Below, piece after piece: positions 29,987 through 39,835 of a DNA stretch of 64,000 bases. The notes under the pieces were generated by a model. The model worked only from the letters and a program-made list of their open reading frames with translations. It searched no databases and had not been told where the DNA came from. A program made the translations under genes and the position numbers. The number at the start of each line of letters is the position of its first letter. Position 1 is the first letter of the stretch. The DNA comes from an uncultured Actinomycetes bacterium. Lineage in GTDB: Bacteria; Actinomycetota; Thermoleophilia; Solirubrobacterales; Solirubrobacteraceae. The stretch spans positions 362 through 64,361 of the forward strand of contig CAWGLQ010000007.1 of the NCBI GenBank assembly GCA_963823375.1, given 5' to 3'.

Positions 29987-31866
29987 GCACCGTCGCGGTT
30001 GCGGCGCGCGCCCCGGCGCGCGTCCCGTCATGGCTGCTGTGGATCGCCGGAACCGCGGCGCTCGTCGTCCTCACCTGGCCGCCCTCGGTGGAGCTGCCGA
30101 AGGTCGGGCTCGATCCCTCGTGGGTCGCCGGCCTCAGCATGGCCTGGCGCGACCACCTGGACTACGGCAGCCAGATCCTGTTCACGTATGGGCCGCTGGG
30201 CTTCCTCGACCACCCGGCGCTCTACGACACGAGCGCCTACCGGCTCGCCGTGCTCTACCAGGTGCCGATCAGGACGATCGAGGCGTTCATCGTCTGGCGC
30301 GCCGTCTCCGTGACGTGGGGCCGCGGCTGGGGGTTCCTCGTCGCGTGGCTCGTGCTCGCCGTCACGGCGACGCTCGAGGCCCGGTCGGTCATCGCCATCG
30401 GGTTCGCGGTGCTGCTGCTGTGCGACGACCGGATGCGACCGCGCCTGTGGTGGGTCCCGCTGCTCGGCCTCTGGGCCGGCTTCGAGTTGCTGGGCAAGCA
30501 GGGGACGGGCGTGCTGGTGGGCGGCGTGCTGCTGATCGCGCTGGCCTTCGCCCCCGAGCCCGGCCCGCGTGGACGGCGCATCGCGCTCTTCGCCGCCGGG
30601 GTCGTCCTGGGGTTCCTCGGCGGCTGGCTCGCGTCGGGGCAGACGCTCGACGGACTGCCGCCGTTCCTCTGGGGGAGCGTCCAGCTGCTCGCCGGGTACA
30701 GCGGTGCCATGGGCGTCGAGGACCCGACGCTGCGCAGGGCGTACTGGGGCGCGGCGGTCGTGATCGTGGCCGGCGCGCTGGGCCTGCGCGCGATCGGCCG
30801 GGAGACCGCGCGCGCGGGGATCGCCCCGCTCGCGCTGGCGAGCGCCTTCGCCCTGTTCCTCATGTTCAAGCAGGGGTTCGTGCGCATGGACCCCGGGCAC
30901 GTGACGATCTTCTTCGGCTTCGCCCTCGCGCTCGTCTCGATGCTCCCCTGGGGGCCGGCTCTGCGCACGCGGGCCGCGCTGACCATGGCGCTGGCGCTGG
31001 CCGTCCTCTTCGGGTCCAACGGCAAGGACCCCGCGGCCGTCGTCAACCCGTGGACGAGCACCGAGGACTTCGCGCAGTCGGTCCGCCTGACGTACGACGC
31101 GAGCGAGCGCTCGCGGCTGATCGCCGAGAGCCGCCAGGAGATGTACGACGAGTACGCCATCCGGCGCCCGGTGTTCGAGGCGCTCCAGGGCGGCGGCGTG
31201 CACGCGGTGCCGTGGGAGGTGGGCGCGATCTGGGCCTTCGGCCTGCCGTGGCGGCCGCTGACCGTCTTCCAGGACTACACGGCCTACACCAGCTGGCTCG
31301 ACGACCGCAACACCGACGACCTCGACTCGGTGCGCGCTCCGGACCGGATCCTGCAGGCGCGGGCCACGACGATCGACGGGCGCCTGGCGGCCTGGGACCC
31401 GCCGCGGCAGTCCGTCGAGATCCTCTGCCGCTACCGGCCGGTCGCCCGGCAGTCGCTGTACCGGGTCCTCTGGCGCGGGCCCCAGCGGTGCGGGCCGCCG
31501 CGCACGATCGCGACCGTCGAGGCGCGCTGGGGGCAGACCGTCGCCGTCCCGCGGGTCGCCCGCGACGAGCTCCTCGTCGTGGAGGTGGAGGGCCTCAAGG
31601 TCCGCGGGCTCGAGCGCATCCGGGCGCTCCTCTTCCGCCCGCGTGAGCGCTGGGTGTCGATGGGCCGGCAGCTGCAGCGGGTGATGCCGGACACCGCCAC
31701 CGACGGGCTGCTGCTGCGGGCGCCCGTGGGGCTGGACCCGCCGGGCCCGTTCCGCCGCACGCCGCAGGCGCGCACGCTCGCGTTCTGGCTCGGGATGCCG
31801 GGAACCGACCAGCACGGCGGCGACCTGCGGCTCACCTTCCGGGTGCGGCGCGTCAGCGGGCCGTAG
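29983..31866 (+). CDS. large polytopic membrane protein with C-terminal soluble domain (hypothetical)
   Basis: Intact 627-aa ORF with natural composition. LDPSWVAGLSMAWRDHLDYGSQILFTYGPLGFLDHP, about 10 helices, then a roughly 230-aa non-membrane C-terminus. Confidence 0.6.
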   Translation: MSTVAVAARAPARVPSWLLWIAGTAALVVLTWPPSVELPKVGLDPSWVAGLSMAWRDHLDYGSQILFTYGPLGFLDHPALYDTSAYRLAVLYQVPIRTIEAFIVWRAVSVTWGRGWGFLVAWLVLAVTATLEARSVIAIGFAVLLLCDDRMRPRLWWVPLLGLWAGFELLGKQGTGVLVGGVLLIALAFAPEPGPRGRRIALFAAGVVLGFLGGWLASGQTLDGLPPFLWGSVQLLAGYSGAMGVEDPTLRRAYWGAAVVIVAGALGLRAIGRETARAGIAPLALASAFALFLMFKQGFVRMDPGHVTIFFGFALALVSMLPWGPALRTRAALTMALALAVLFGSNGKDPAAVVNPWTSTEDFAQSVRLTYDASERSRLIAESRQEMYDEYAIRRPVFEALQGGGVHAVPWEVGAIWAFGLPWRPLTVFQDYTAYTSWLDDRNTDDLDSVRAPDRILQARATTIDGRLAAWDPPRQSVEILCRYRPVARQSLYRVLWRGPQRCGPPRTIATVEARWGQTVAVPRVARDELLVVEVEGLKVRGLERIRALLFRPRERWVSMGRQLQRVMPDTATDGLLLRAPVGLDPPGPFRRTPQARTLAFWLGMPGTDQHGGDLRLTFRVRRVSGP

Positions 31867-33658
31867 GCGCGCGCCACAGCACGAGCCCGTCCTGCCGGCG
31901 AACGGGCGTGAACCCCAGCGAGCGCAGGAACGGGCCGACACGGGGCGAGGACGTCGGCCACTGGACGACCCAGCCGACGCGCAGGGCCTCCATGTCGGTG
32001 CGCAGCACGCTCAGGTCCCCCGGCGGCAGCGGCGCAGTGTCCTGCGGGCCGGTGCCCTGCTGGGCGAGCAGCGCGGCGTAGAACGGCCGCGCGGCCAGCT
32101 GATCGACCTGCGCCTGCGCCAGGCGCGAGAGGAACCCGAACGCGATCGGGTGCCCGTGCTGTGCGGCACGCAGCATCGGCTCGACCTTCCCCGGCGAGCG
32201 CCCGATCCCGTACGTCGAACCCAGGAAGCCGAGCGGGACGTCGACGACGACGCTGTCGCTCTTGTCGGCCTTCACGGGCGCGTAGAGCGCGTCGCGCGAC
32301 CCGGGTACCCGCTGCCCTCCGAGGCCGGCGTCCGGGTAGCCGGCCTCGACCACGGCGAACGCGATCGCCACGAGCGCGATCACGCGCCCGGCGATCCCGC
32401 GCGCCCAGAGTGCCGCGAACCCGAAGCCCGCCAGGACCGACAGTCCGAGCATGCCGAGGAAGACGAAGCGCGCCGGCACGCGGATGTCCTGCAGGAGCGG
32501 CAGCTGGACCATCCACGTGTACGGCATCAGCGCCGAGAGCTGCTGGCCGTGCTGGCTGATCTCCAGCGGGCGATGGGGCGTGTCGGAGAGCGTGAGGACC
32601 GGCCCGAGCGCGAGGATGCTCCCGCCGATCAGCAGCAGTGCCCCCCAGACGATCGCGCGGCGGGCGAGCGGGTCGGGCGGCCCGCGCCGCCGCAGGACGA
32701 CGAGCAGGAGGATCGCCGCGAGGCCGAGCGCCAGCGCTCCCCAGCCGTAGGTGGGCGTCGCCTCGCCGCGCGGGTGACGGTAGGCCCAGGACTCGAGGTC
32801 ACCCGGGAACCAGGGAGCCACGTCCGCCGGGCTCAGCATCACCCGCGGGCTCGACGCGCCGGCCACCCAGGTGGCGGCCTGGACCTCGAGGTTCGGCTTG
32901 TAGCCGCCGCGGTCGGCGGTGCGCCACATCATCGCGAGCTGGGGCGCGGCGACGAGCAGCGCCGCTCCGGCCAGCCAGCCGATGCCGCGCAGCCACAGGC
33001 GCCGGCGCTCCGCGTCCCAGATCGTGACGAGCAGCCAGACGGCGAGCGCCATTCCCGCGAAGATCGCCATCGTCGCGTCCACGAGGGCGACGGCCCCGAG
33101 CGCCGCGCCGGTCAGCACGGCGTCGCGCCGGCGGCCGGACTGCTCGTAGCGCGCGGCGCCCGCGATGACCAGCGGCAGCAGCGGGAACCCGCCGCCGAGG
33201 TTCATGTGGAACCCGGTGCGCCAGATCGCGATCGTCGAGAACCCCCAGATGCCGCCGGTGACCCAGGCGGCCGGCTTCGGCAGCCCGAGCGAGCGGCCCA
33301 TGACGTACGCGGCGAGCGCCGCCGCGGGGCCGAGCAGGAGCTTGAGGACGTTGAACGACGCGAGCGGCCCGGCGATCAGGGTCAGCGGGGCGGCGATCAG
33401 GCCCAGCAGCGGCGAGAGCGTGTGAAACCCGAGGTAGGACCCGTAGGGCGCCAGCACCCACGAGGACCACCAGGGGTTGTCGAGGTGCACGAGGCTGCGC
33501 GCGACCCACCACAGGTCCCACGTGTAGGTGAACGGGTCGTCCTCGTAGACCGCCTCGCCCATGTGGTCGATGAGCGGCCACGTCGCGTAGGCCGAGAACG
33601 CGACGAGCGCGACTGCGATCGCCGTCCAGCGCAGGACCGTCCCGCCGCGCCCGCGCAC
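31853..33658 (-). CDS. large polytopic membrane protein, possible GT-C-type glycosyltransferase (hypothetical)
   Basis: Intact 601-aa ORF. WPLIDHMGEAVYEDDPFTYTWDLWWVARSLVHLDNPWWSSWVLAPYGSYLGFHTLSPL, many helices and a soluble C-terminal domain. The GT-C idea is inference from architecture and context only. Confidence 0.55.
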   Translation of the reverse strand: MRGRGGTVLRWTAIAVALVAFSAYATWPLIDHMGEAVYEDDPFTYTWDLWWVARSLVHLDNPWWSSWVLAPYGSYLGFHTLSPLLGLIAAPLTLIAGPLASFNVLKLLLGPAAALAAYVMGRSLGLPKPAAWVTGGIWGFSTIAIWRTGFHMNLGGGFPLLPLVIAGAARYEQSGRRRDAVLTGAALGAVALVDATMAIFAGMALAVWLLVTIWDAERRRLWLRGIGWLAGAALLVAAPQLAMMWRTADRGGYKPNLEVQAATWVAGASSPRVMLSPADVAPWFPGDLESWAYRHPRGEATPTYGWGALALGLAAILLLVVLRRRGPPDPLARRAIVWGALLLIGGSILALGPVLTLSDTPHRPLEISQHGQQLSALMPYTWMVQLPLLQDIRVPARFVFLGMLGLSVLAGFGFAALWARGIAGRVIALVAIAFAVVEAGYPDAGLGGQRVPGSRDALYAPVKADKSDSVVVDVPLGFLGSTYGIGRSPGKVEPMLRAAQHGHPIAFGFLSRLAQAQVDQLAARPFYAALLAQQGTGPQDTAPLPPGDLSVLRTDMEALRVGWVVQWPTSSPRVGPFLRSLGFTPVRRQDGLVLWRAPTAR

Positions 33659-33664
33659 GGACCG

Positions 33665-34523
33665 CTAGAGGTCCTCGGCGACGTTCGGCGCGGCGCGCAC
33701 GAACACGATCGTCCCGATCACGAACGTCGCGACCGCGACGCTGATCGGGATGAGGTTGCCCGCGGTCGTGGCGAAGATCTGCCCCGCGCTCTCGTAGGAC
33801 GGGTCGACCAGCGCGTGGCGGGCCTGCTGGATCGTCGTGGCGATCGGGTTGACGAGCATCAGCCGGGCGACCTCGATGCCCGCCTTGTCGATCACGATCG
33901 TCAGCGAGTAGAGGATCGGCGTCGCGTAGAACAGCGCCTGCAGCACGACGTCCCAGATCGGCTCGATGTCGCGGTAGCGCACGAACAGCGCCGACAGCAG
34001 CAGCGAGGACCCGGTCGTGAAGACGATCGAGCAGCAGCAGGATCAGCGGCAGCTCGAGCCAGCGCACGCTCACCGACCCGCCGGAGGCGAACAGGAAGAT
34101 CGCGACCGGGATGAGGTTGAGCCCCAGGTTCAGCGTCGCCTGCAGCACGCACGCCAGCGGCACCGCGATGCGCGGGAACTCGATCTTGCGCACGAGGTTC
34201 TCGCGGACGATCAGCGAGCGCACGGCGGCAGCGGTCGAGTCGGTGAAGAACTGGAAGAGGACGATGCCGAGCAGCAGCGCGGCGCCGAAGTACGGCTGGT
34301 CGCCGCCGACCTTCAGCACCTCGGCGAAGACGATGTAGATGACGCCGAAGAGCATCAGCGGCCGCATGAACTGCCAGAGGTAGCCCAGGACCGAGCCGAA
34401 GAACTTCAGCTTGAAGTCGGTGATCGCGAGCGTCCACGCGAGCCGCCACATGCGCCGGCGGTCGTCGCCGAACGCGGTCGGGCCCTTGATCTGGCGCCCC
34501 AGGTCGACGCTCTCGGTGGTCAT
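33665..34523 (-). pseudogene. wzm: ABC-2 type polysaccharide exporter permease (Wzm-like), one frame break
   Basis: ATG at 34523 overlaps the stop of the upstream ATPase (ATGA). WRLAWTLAITDFKLKFFGSVLGYLWQFMRPLMLFGVIYIVFAEVLK... to WLELPLILLLL. A break near 34028 leads to ...LFVRYRDIEPIWDVVLQALFYATPILYSL...LMLVNPIATTIQQARHAL (ORF 33665..33982). Confidence 0.8.
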
Positions 34524-35806
34524 CGCGCGACCTCGCTGCGCGAGCCGCCGGACAGGCGCTCGAGCGTCTGCGTGAACGGGATGTCGACGAGGCCGCCGTA
34601 GGTCGCGGTCCGGGTGACGACGATGCCGAGCATGCGCTCGCGCAGCGCCAGCATCGCGCCGCCGCCGAGCATCACGGAGATCGAGGCGTAGTAGCGGTCC
34701 GGGCCGAGCGACACGTCGAAGGTGACGCGCCAGACGATCGTCTCGCCGGCCGCGAACGAGCCCAGATGCTCCTCCTGCCAGGCCGAGGACGCGGTGAACA
34801 GCGGCACCCGCGAGCTGCTCTGCAGCACGGCGTTCAGCACCGGGTCGGTCACCGACTCGTTGAAGCGCACGCGCACGCAGAGCGTCGCGCGCTCCCCGTT
34901 GCGCAGCATCTCCGTGCGGTCCTCGGTCGGCGTCTCGAACCACGCGTCCTCGATGACCGCGTCGCCGTCGCCGAAGAGGACGTCCTCCTCGCCGGCGTCG
35001 TGCTCGATGGGGGAGGGCGCGTCACCGGCCGCGCCGGCGACCGAGGCGCGCGCGGACGGGGAGAAGTTCATCTCCAGGTAGCGGTTGCCGACCGTCTCCG
35101 GATCGCCGATCGAGATCAGCCGGCCGTGCTCGAGCAGCATCGCCCGGTCGCAGAACCGCTGGACGGCCGACATGTCGTGCGTGACGAGCAGGACGGTCTT
35201 GCCGCTCTCGCGGATCGTCTCGAACTCGTCGAAGCACTTCTGCTGGAAGGCGGCGTCGCCGACGGCGAGGACCTCGTCGATCAGCATGATCTCCGCGTCC
35301 ACCTGGATCATCACCGCGAACGCGAGGCGCACGAGCATGCCCGACGAGTAGTTCTTGAGCTTCAGGTCGGTGAACTCGCGCAGCTCGGCGAAGTCGATGA
35401 TCGTGTCGAAGCGCCGGCGCGCCTCGCGGCGGCTCAGGCCGAGCATCGCGGCGTTGATGTCGACGTTGTCGCGGGCCGCGAGGTCCGGGTTGAAGCCGAC
35501 CCCGAGCTCGATGAACGTCGACGTGCGGCCGTTCACGAAAATGTCGCCGGCGCCCACCGTGTAGATGCCCGCCAGGCACTTCAGCAGCGTGGACTTCCCG
35601 GACCCGTTGCGCCCGACGATGCCGAAGAACTCACCACGCGGAACGCTGAACGAGACGTCCCGGAGTGCCTGAAACTCGTTGAAGCCGCCACGGCGGAGGG
35701 GGTGCAGCGCCCGCTCCTTGAGCGTGTGCACCTGCTCCTTGGGAATGCGGAACGCCTTGGAGACGCCGTCCACGTGGACGGCGGGCGTTGAGGTCACAGC
35801 GTCCAT
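34520..35806 (-). CDS. wzt: polysaccharide ABC exporter ATP-binding protein with C-terminal extra domain (Wzt-like)
   Basis: ATG at 35806 (TTG 35896 also possible). Walker A GRNGSGKST, signature YSSGMLVRLAFA, Walker B MLIDEVLAVGD, H-loop LLVTHD. A roughly 170-aa C-terminal domain follows (AWFETPTEDRTEMLRNGERATLCVRVRFNESV...TIVWRVTFDV), like Wzt carbohydrate-binding domains. Confidence 0.9.
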   Translation of the reverse strand: MDAVTSTPAVHVDGVSKAFRIPKEQVHTLKERALHPLRRGGFNEFQALRDVSFSVPRGEFFGIVGRNGSGKSTLLKCLAGIYTVGAGDIFVNGRTSTFIELGVGFNPDLAARDNVDINAAMLGLSRREARRRFDTIIDFAELREFTDLKLKNYSSGMLVRLAFAVMIQVDAEIMLIDEVLAVGDAAFQQKCFDEFETIRESGKTVLLVTHDMSAVQRFCDRAMLLEHGRLISIGDPETVGNRYLEMNFSPSARASVAGAAGDAPSPIEHDAGEEDVLFGDGDAVIEDAWFETPTEDRTEMLRNGERATLCVRVRFNESVTDPVLNAVLQSSSRVPLFTASSAWQEEHLGSFAAGETIVWRVTFDVSLGPDRYYASISVMLGGGAMLALRERMLGIVVTRTATYGGLVDIPFTQTLERLSGGSRSEVAR

Positions 35807-35825
35807 CGCGCTGTAGCACTCTACG

Positions 35826-38595
35826 ATGGCGCGGCCCCCGGAGACGCCGGGCGGCGCTCCAATGGCACTGCACATCTGCACCATCGTCGCGCGCAACTAC
35901 CTTGCGCACGCTCGCGTCCTCGCCCGCTCCTTCCAGGAGCACCAGCCGGGCGGCCGCTGCCACGTCCTCGTGATCGACGACCACGAGGGCACCGTCCGTG
36001 CCGAGGACGAGCCGTTCGACATCGTGCCGATCGCGGCGCTCGAGCTGCCCGAATGGGACGAGATGCGGGCCGCCTACGACGTGCTGGAGTTCTCCACCGC
36101 CGTCAAGCCCTGGCTGCTGCGTCACATGCTGCGCGACCACGACGAGGGCGACGGCATCGCCTACTTCGATCCCGACATCCGCGTCATCTCGCGGATGACC
36201 GAGCTGGAGGCCGCGCTCGCCGAGCACCACCTGGTGCTCACGCCGCACCTGACCGAGGCGATGCCGCGCGACGGCCTCAAGCCGAGCGAGACGGACATCC
36301 TCGTCGCCGGCGTCTTCAACCTCGGGTTCATCGGCCTGCGCGACTCCGAGGAGGCGCGCGAGCTGCTCGACTGGTGGTCCGAGCGCCTGCTGAAGGACTG
36401 CCGCGTCGCACCGCACCGGGGCCTGTTCGTCGACCAGCGCTGGGTGGACTTCGTGCCCGGGCTCGTCGCCGACTTCCACATCCTGCGCCACCCGGGGTAC
36501 AACGTCGCGTACTGGAACCTGCCGACGCGCGCCGTCGCGCGCGGCGCCGGCGGTGAGCTCACGGTCAACGGCGAGCCGCTGCGCTTCTTCCATTTCAGCG
36601 GCTACGACCCGCGCAAGCCCGAGACGCTCAGCAAGCATCAGAACCGCGTGAGCCTCCCGGCGCTCCCCGTCGTCGCGGAGATCTGCGACGCCTACGGCGA
36701 GGCGCTGCGCGAGGCGGGGATCGACCGGCAGCGGACGATCCCGTACGCCAACGACGTGCTGCCGTCGGGCATCAAGCTCACGCCGATCCTGCGCGGCATG
36801 TACCGCGAGGGGGTCGAGAACGGCGAGCTCCCGGACTCGATCTGGACGCCGTCCGGCGAGACCGACTTCCGCGCGTGGCTCAGCGAGGACTCCGAGGAGG
36901 TCCCGGGCCTCAGCCGCTACCTCGCCGAGGCGTGGCTCGTCCGCGAGGACGTGCAGGCCGCCTACCCGGATCCGGCCGGCGCCGACCGCGACGGGTTCCT
37001 GGGCTGGTGCCACGTCTACGGCACGGTCGAGAACGGCCTCTCGCCCGACCTCATCCCCGCGGCGGCCGGTGAGGACGGCGCGCCGATCCGCCCCGCCGTC
37101 GAGCGGGCGCCCAGGCCGTTCGGCGTCAACGTCGCCGGCTACATGCGCGCCGAGCTCGGCGTCGGCGAGGTGGCGCGGCAGATGCTCACCGCGATGGACG
37201 CCGTCGGCGTGCCGGCGATTCCCGTCACCGCGCTCGCCCCGAACAGCCGCCAGGGACACGACTTCGCCGGCTCCGGGCACGACCAGAATCCGTTCCCGGT
37301 CAACCTCGTCTGCGTCAACGCGGACGGCCTGCCCGCCTTCGTCGACCTCGTCGGCGACGAGTTCTTCGAGGACCGGTACACGATCGGCGTCTGGTGGTGG
37401 GAGCTGGGGGACTTTCCCGAGCGCTTCGACGACGCCTTCGACCACGTGGACGAGCTGTGGGTCGGCTCGCGGTTCGTCGCCGAGGCGCTCGCGCCGCGCA
37501 CGACCGTGCCGGTCGTGCCGATCCGCGTCCCGGTCGACTTCCCGGCGCCGCCGCCGCTCGCCGCGGGTGAGCTCGGATGGCCGCAGGACGGCTTCACCTT
37601 CCTCTACTCGTTCGACTACAACAGCGTCTTCCGGCGCAAGAACCCGGTCGGCGCCGTCGAGGCGTACATGCGCGCCTTCGAGCCGGGCGACGGCGCGCGG
37701 CTCGTGCTGAAGTCGATCAACGGGGACCGCGACCCGCAGAACCGCGACCGGCTGCTCGCGCTCGTCTCGACGCGCCCGGACATCCTCGTCATCGACGAGT
37801 ACGTCTCCGCCCGCGACCGGCACCGGATCACCGCCTCCTGCGACTGCTACGTCTCGCTGCACCGCTCGGAGGGCTTCGGCCTGACGATCGCCGAGGCGAT
37901 GTACCTCGGCAAGCCGGTGATCGCGACCGGCTACTCGGGCAACGCCGACTTCCTCGACGAGCACACCGGCTACCCGGTGCGCTACGAGCTCGCGCCGGTC
38001 GGCGGCGGGGCGGACCCCTATCCCGCGACGGCGACGTGGGCCGAGCCCGACATCGAGCACGCCGCGGAGCTCATGCGGCACGTCTTCGAGGACCGCGACG
38101 AGGCGGCGCGCCGCGGCGCGCTGGCCGCCGAGACGATGCGCGCCGACTACTCGCCGCTCGCCGCCGGCCAGGTGGTCAAGACCCGCCTGGACCGCATCCG
38201 CGCCCGCGTCGCGTCCGCCGACTCCCGCGAGCCGCGGCGAGTCGCCCGGCGCGCTGAACTCGCGCACGTACTCCACGGAGCTCGTGCGCCGGCCGCCGCG
38301 GGCCGACGCCGGCGGTGCGCGCGGATTCGTCCGCCGCGTCGTCCTGCGCGCGATGCGCCCGTACACCGCCTACCAGCACACGGTGAACCTCGCGCAGACC
38401 GAGGCGCGCGAGGAGTCCGAGCGCGAGCTGCAGCGGCGGCTCGACGAGCACGTGCTCCAGATGGCCGAGGTCGAGGCGGCGACGCTCGCCGAGCTGCGCC
38501 GCCAGCGCCGCCGGCTCGAGGAGGCGGCCGAGCGCGCCGAGACGGCCGCGGGCCGGCTCGACCAGGTCCTCAGCGAGCTGCGCGAACGGCGCTGA
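35826..38595 (+). pseudogene. multidomain glycosyltransferase: N-terminal GT-A (GT8-like) domain, GT4 domain, C-terminal coiled coil; one frame break
   Basis: ATG at 35826 or 35862 (MALHICTIVARNYLAHARVLARSF). AYFDPDIRV (DxD), DQRWVDFVP, NVAYWNL. Later RKNPVGAVEAYMRAF...LHRSEGFGLTIAEAMYLGKPVIATGYSGNADFL (GT4). A break near 38240 leads to ALNSRTYSTELVRRPP...RPYTAYQHTVNLAQTEAREESERELQRRLDEHVLQMAEVEAATLAELRRQRRRLEEAAERAE (ORF 38284..38595). Confidence 0.75.
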
Positions 38596-39775
38596 GCTGC
38601 TCCGCGTCCTCGGCGGCGTCCGGCCGCGAGTGCGCGACGACGATCGGCGTCTGCACGGCTGCGCCGAACCAGCGCACGCCGTCGCGGACCAGGTCGAACT
38701 CGACGAGGTACCAGCCCGGCGCCTGCGGTGCGATCACCCGGATCGGCACCACGGTCGACGTGCCGGGCGCGATGTCGGCGGGCAGCGGCGTGCGCACGCC
38801 GTCCTCGACGGCGGTCGTGCCGTCCGGGCGCCGGATCCGGTACGCGGTGCGGATCGGATGCTCGGCGTCCTCCACGCGCGACCAGCGCTCGTCGCCGAGG
38901 TTCTCCACGCGCACCGCGAGCGGCCGGGTCTCACCGGGGCGAAACCACGGGTCGCGCTCGAGCACCGTGAGCGCGGCGCGGTAGCCGTCCGGGCCGAAGT
39001 CGCGGCTCGCCCAGCCGGCCTCCACCTCGGCGCGCGGGACCACCGGGAGGTCGGCGGGCGGGGCGCCGGCCGGCCGGGCGCCGACGACGCGGTCGATGAG
39101 CTCGCGGTCCTCCGGCGGAACGGGCACCGCGGGGCTGCTCGCGAACCGCTCCGGGAGGTAGTAGCGCTCGTTCAGCGGCCCGCCGCCGGGCGCCGTCAGT
39201 CCGGGGCGCGAGGCCTCGTACTCGTCGATCTTGCGCTCGCGCGACTCCCGTGTCGTGACCGCGCAGTCCAGGTGGTAGAGCGGCGCCTCGAGATAGCGGG
39301 CGGGCAGCACGGGCTCGCTGTAGGTGTGCAGCCGACCGGAGAAGGCGAGCGTGGCGTCGTTGCGCACCAGGCGGTTCTGGAAGTCCGGTGCCCACGGGCG
39401 CTCGTCGAGCCAGTGGTGGGGATCGGGGAACGACCAGCGCCGCGGGATCCAGTACTGCTCGACGTCGCCGGCCTCGAGCAGCCCCGGGAGGGCGTCGAGC
39501 AGCGCGGCGCTCGGCACCTCGTCGTAGTCCATCAGCAGGATCCACTCGCAGGTCGCGAGCCCGTGGAGCCAGGCGTTGGCGTGGGCCGGGAAGACGAACT
39601 CGAAGCGCACGACCCGATCGGCGACCGCGGCGACCTCGCCCAGGTCCGCGACGTCCATCCGCGAGTCCGCGGCCACGATGATCTCGTCGGCGACCGGGCG
39701 CAGCAGCGCGAGGATGGCCGCAAGCCGCGGACCGTGCTCGTGCGTCATGCAGACCACTGAGAGCGTCGCCGGCAT
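38570..39775 (-). CDS. GT2-like glycosyltransferase with C-terminal Ig-like (NBR1-type) domain
   Basis: ATG at 39775, in frame with ORF 38570..40678. LSVVCMTHEHGPRLAAILALLRPVADEIIVAADS...WILLMDYDEVPSAALL (DxD)...YWIPRRW. The C-terminus PGETRPLAVRVENLGDERWS...GTSTVVPIRVIAPQAPGWYLVEFDLVRDGVRWFG is typical of that Ig-like fold. Intact. Confidence 0.65.
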   Translation of the reverse strand: MPATLSVVCMTHEHGPRLAAILALLRPVADEIIVAADSRMDVADLGEVAAVADRVVRFEFVFPAHANAWLHGLATCEWILLMDYDEVPSAALLDALPGLLEAGDVEQYWIPRRWSFPDPHHWLDERPWAPDFQNRLVRNDATLAFSGRLHTYSEPVLPARYLEAPLYHLDCAVTTRESRERKIDEYEASRPGLTAPGGGPLNERYYLPERFASSPAVPVPPEDRELIDRVVGARPAGAPPADLPVVPRAEVEAGWASRDFGPDGYRAALTVLERDPWFRPGETRPLAVRVENLGDERWSRVEDAEHPIRTAYRIRRPDGTTAVEDGVRTPLPADIAPGTSTVVPIRVIAPQAPGWYLVEFDLVRDGVRWFGAAVQTPIVVAHSRPDAAEDAEQLSAVRAAR

Positions 39776-39835
39776 CGGCGCTGAGCATGCCAGCTTCACG
39801 CCCTGCAGGCGCGCGATCCGCCATCCTTCACGCTG

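Noticed and set aside
30028-34114. Long ORFs 30028..31941 (-) and 32150..34114 (+)
   Set aside because: Both are antisense shadows of the intact membrane-protein genes 29983..31866 and 31853..33658, with Arg/Pro/Glu-rich low-complexity translations.
35631-38366. 911-aa ORF on the minus strand
   Set aside because: It is an antisense shadow of the multidomain glycosyltransferase at 35826-38595. Its composition is dominated by R/A/G/V/D repeats and it has no recognisable motifs.
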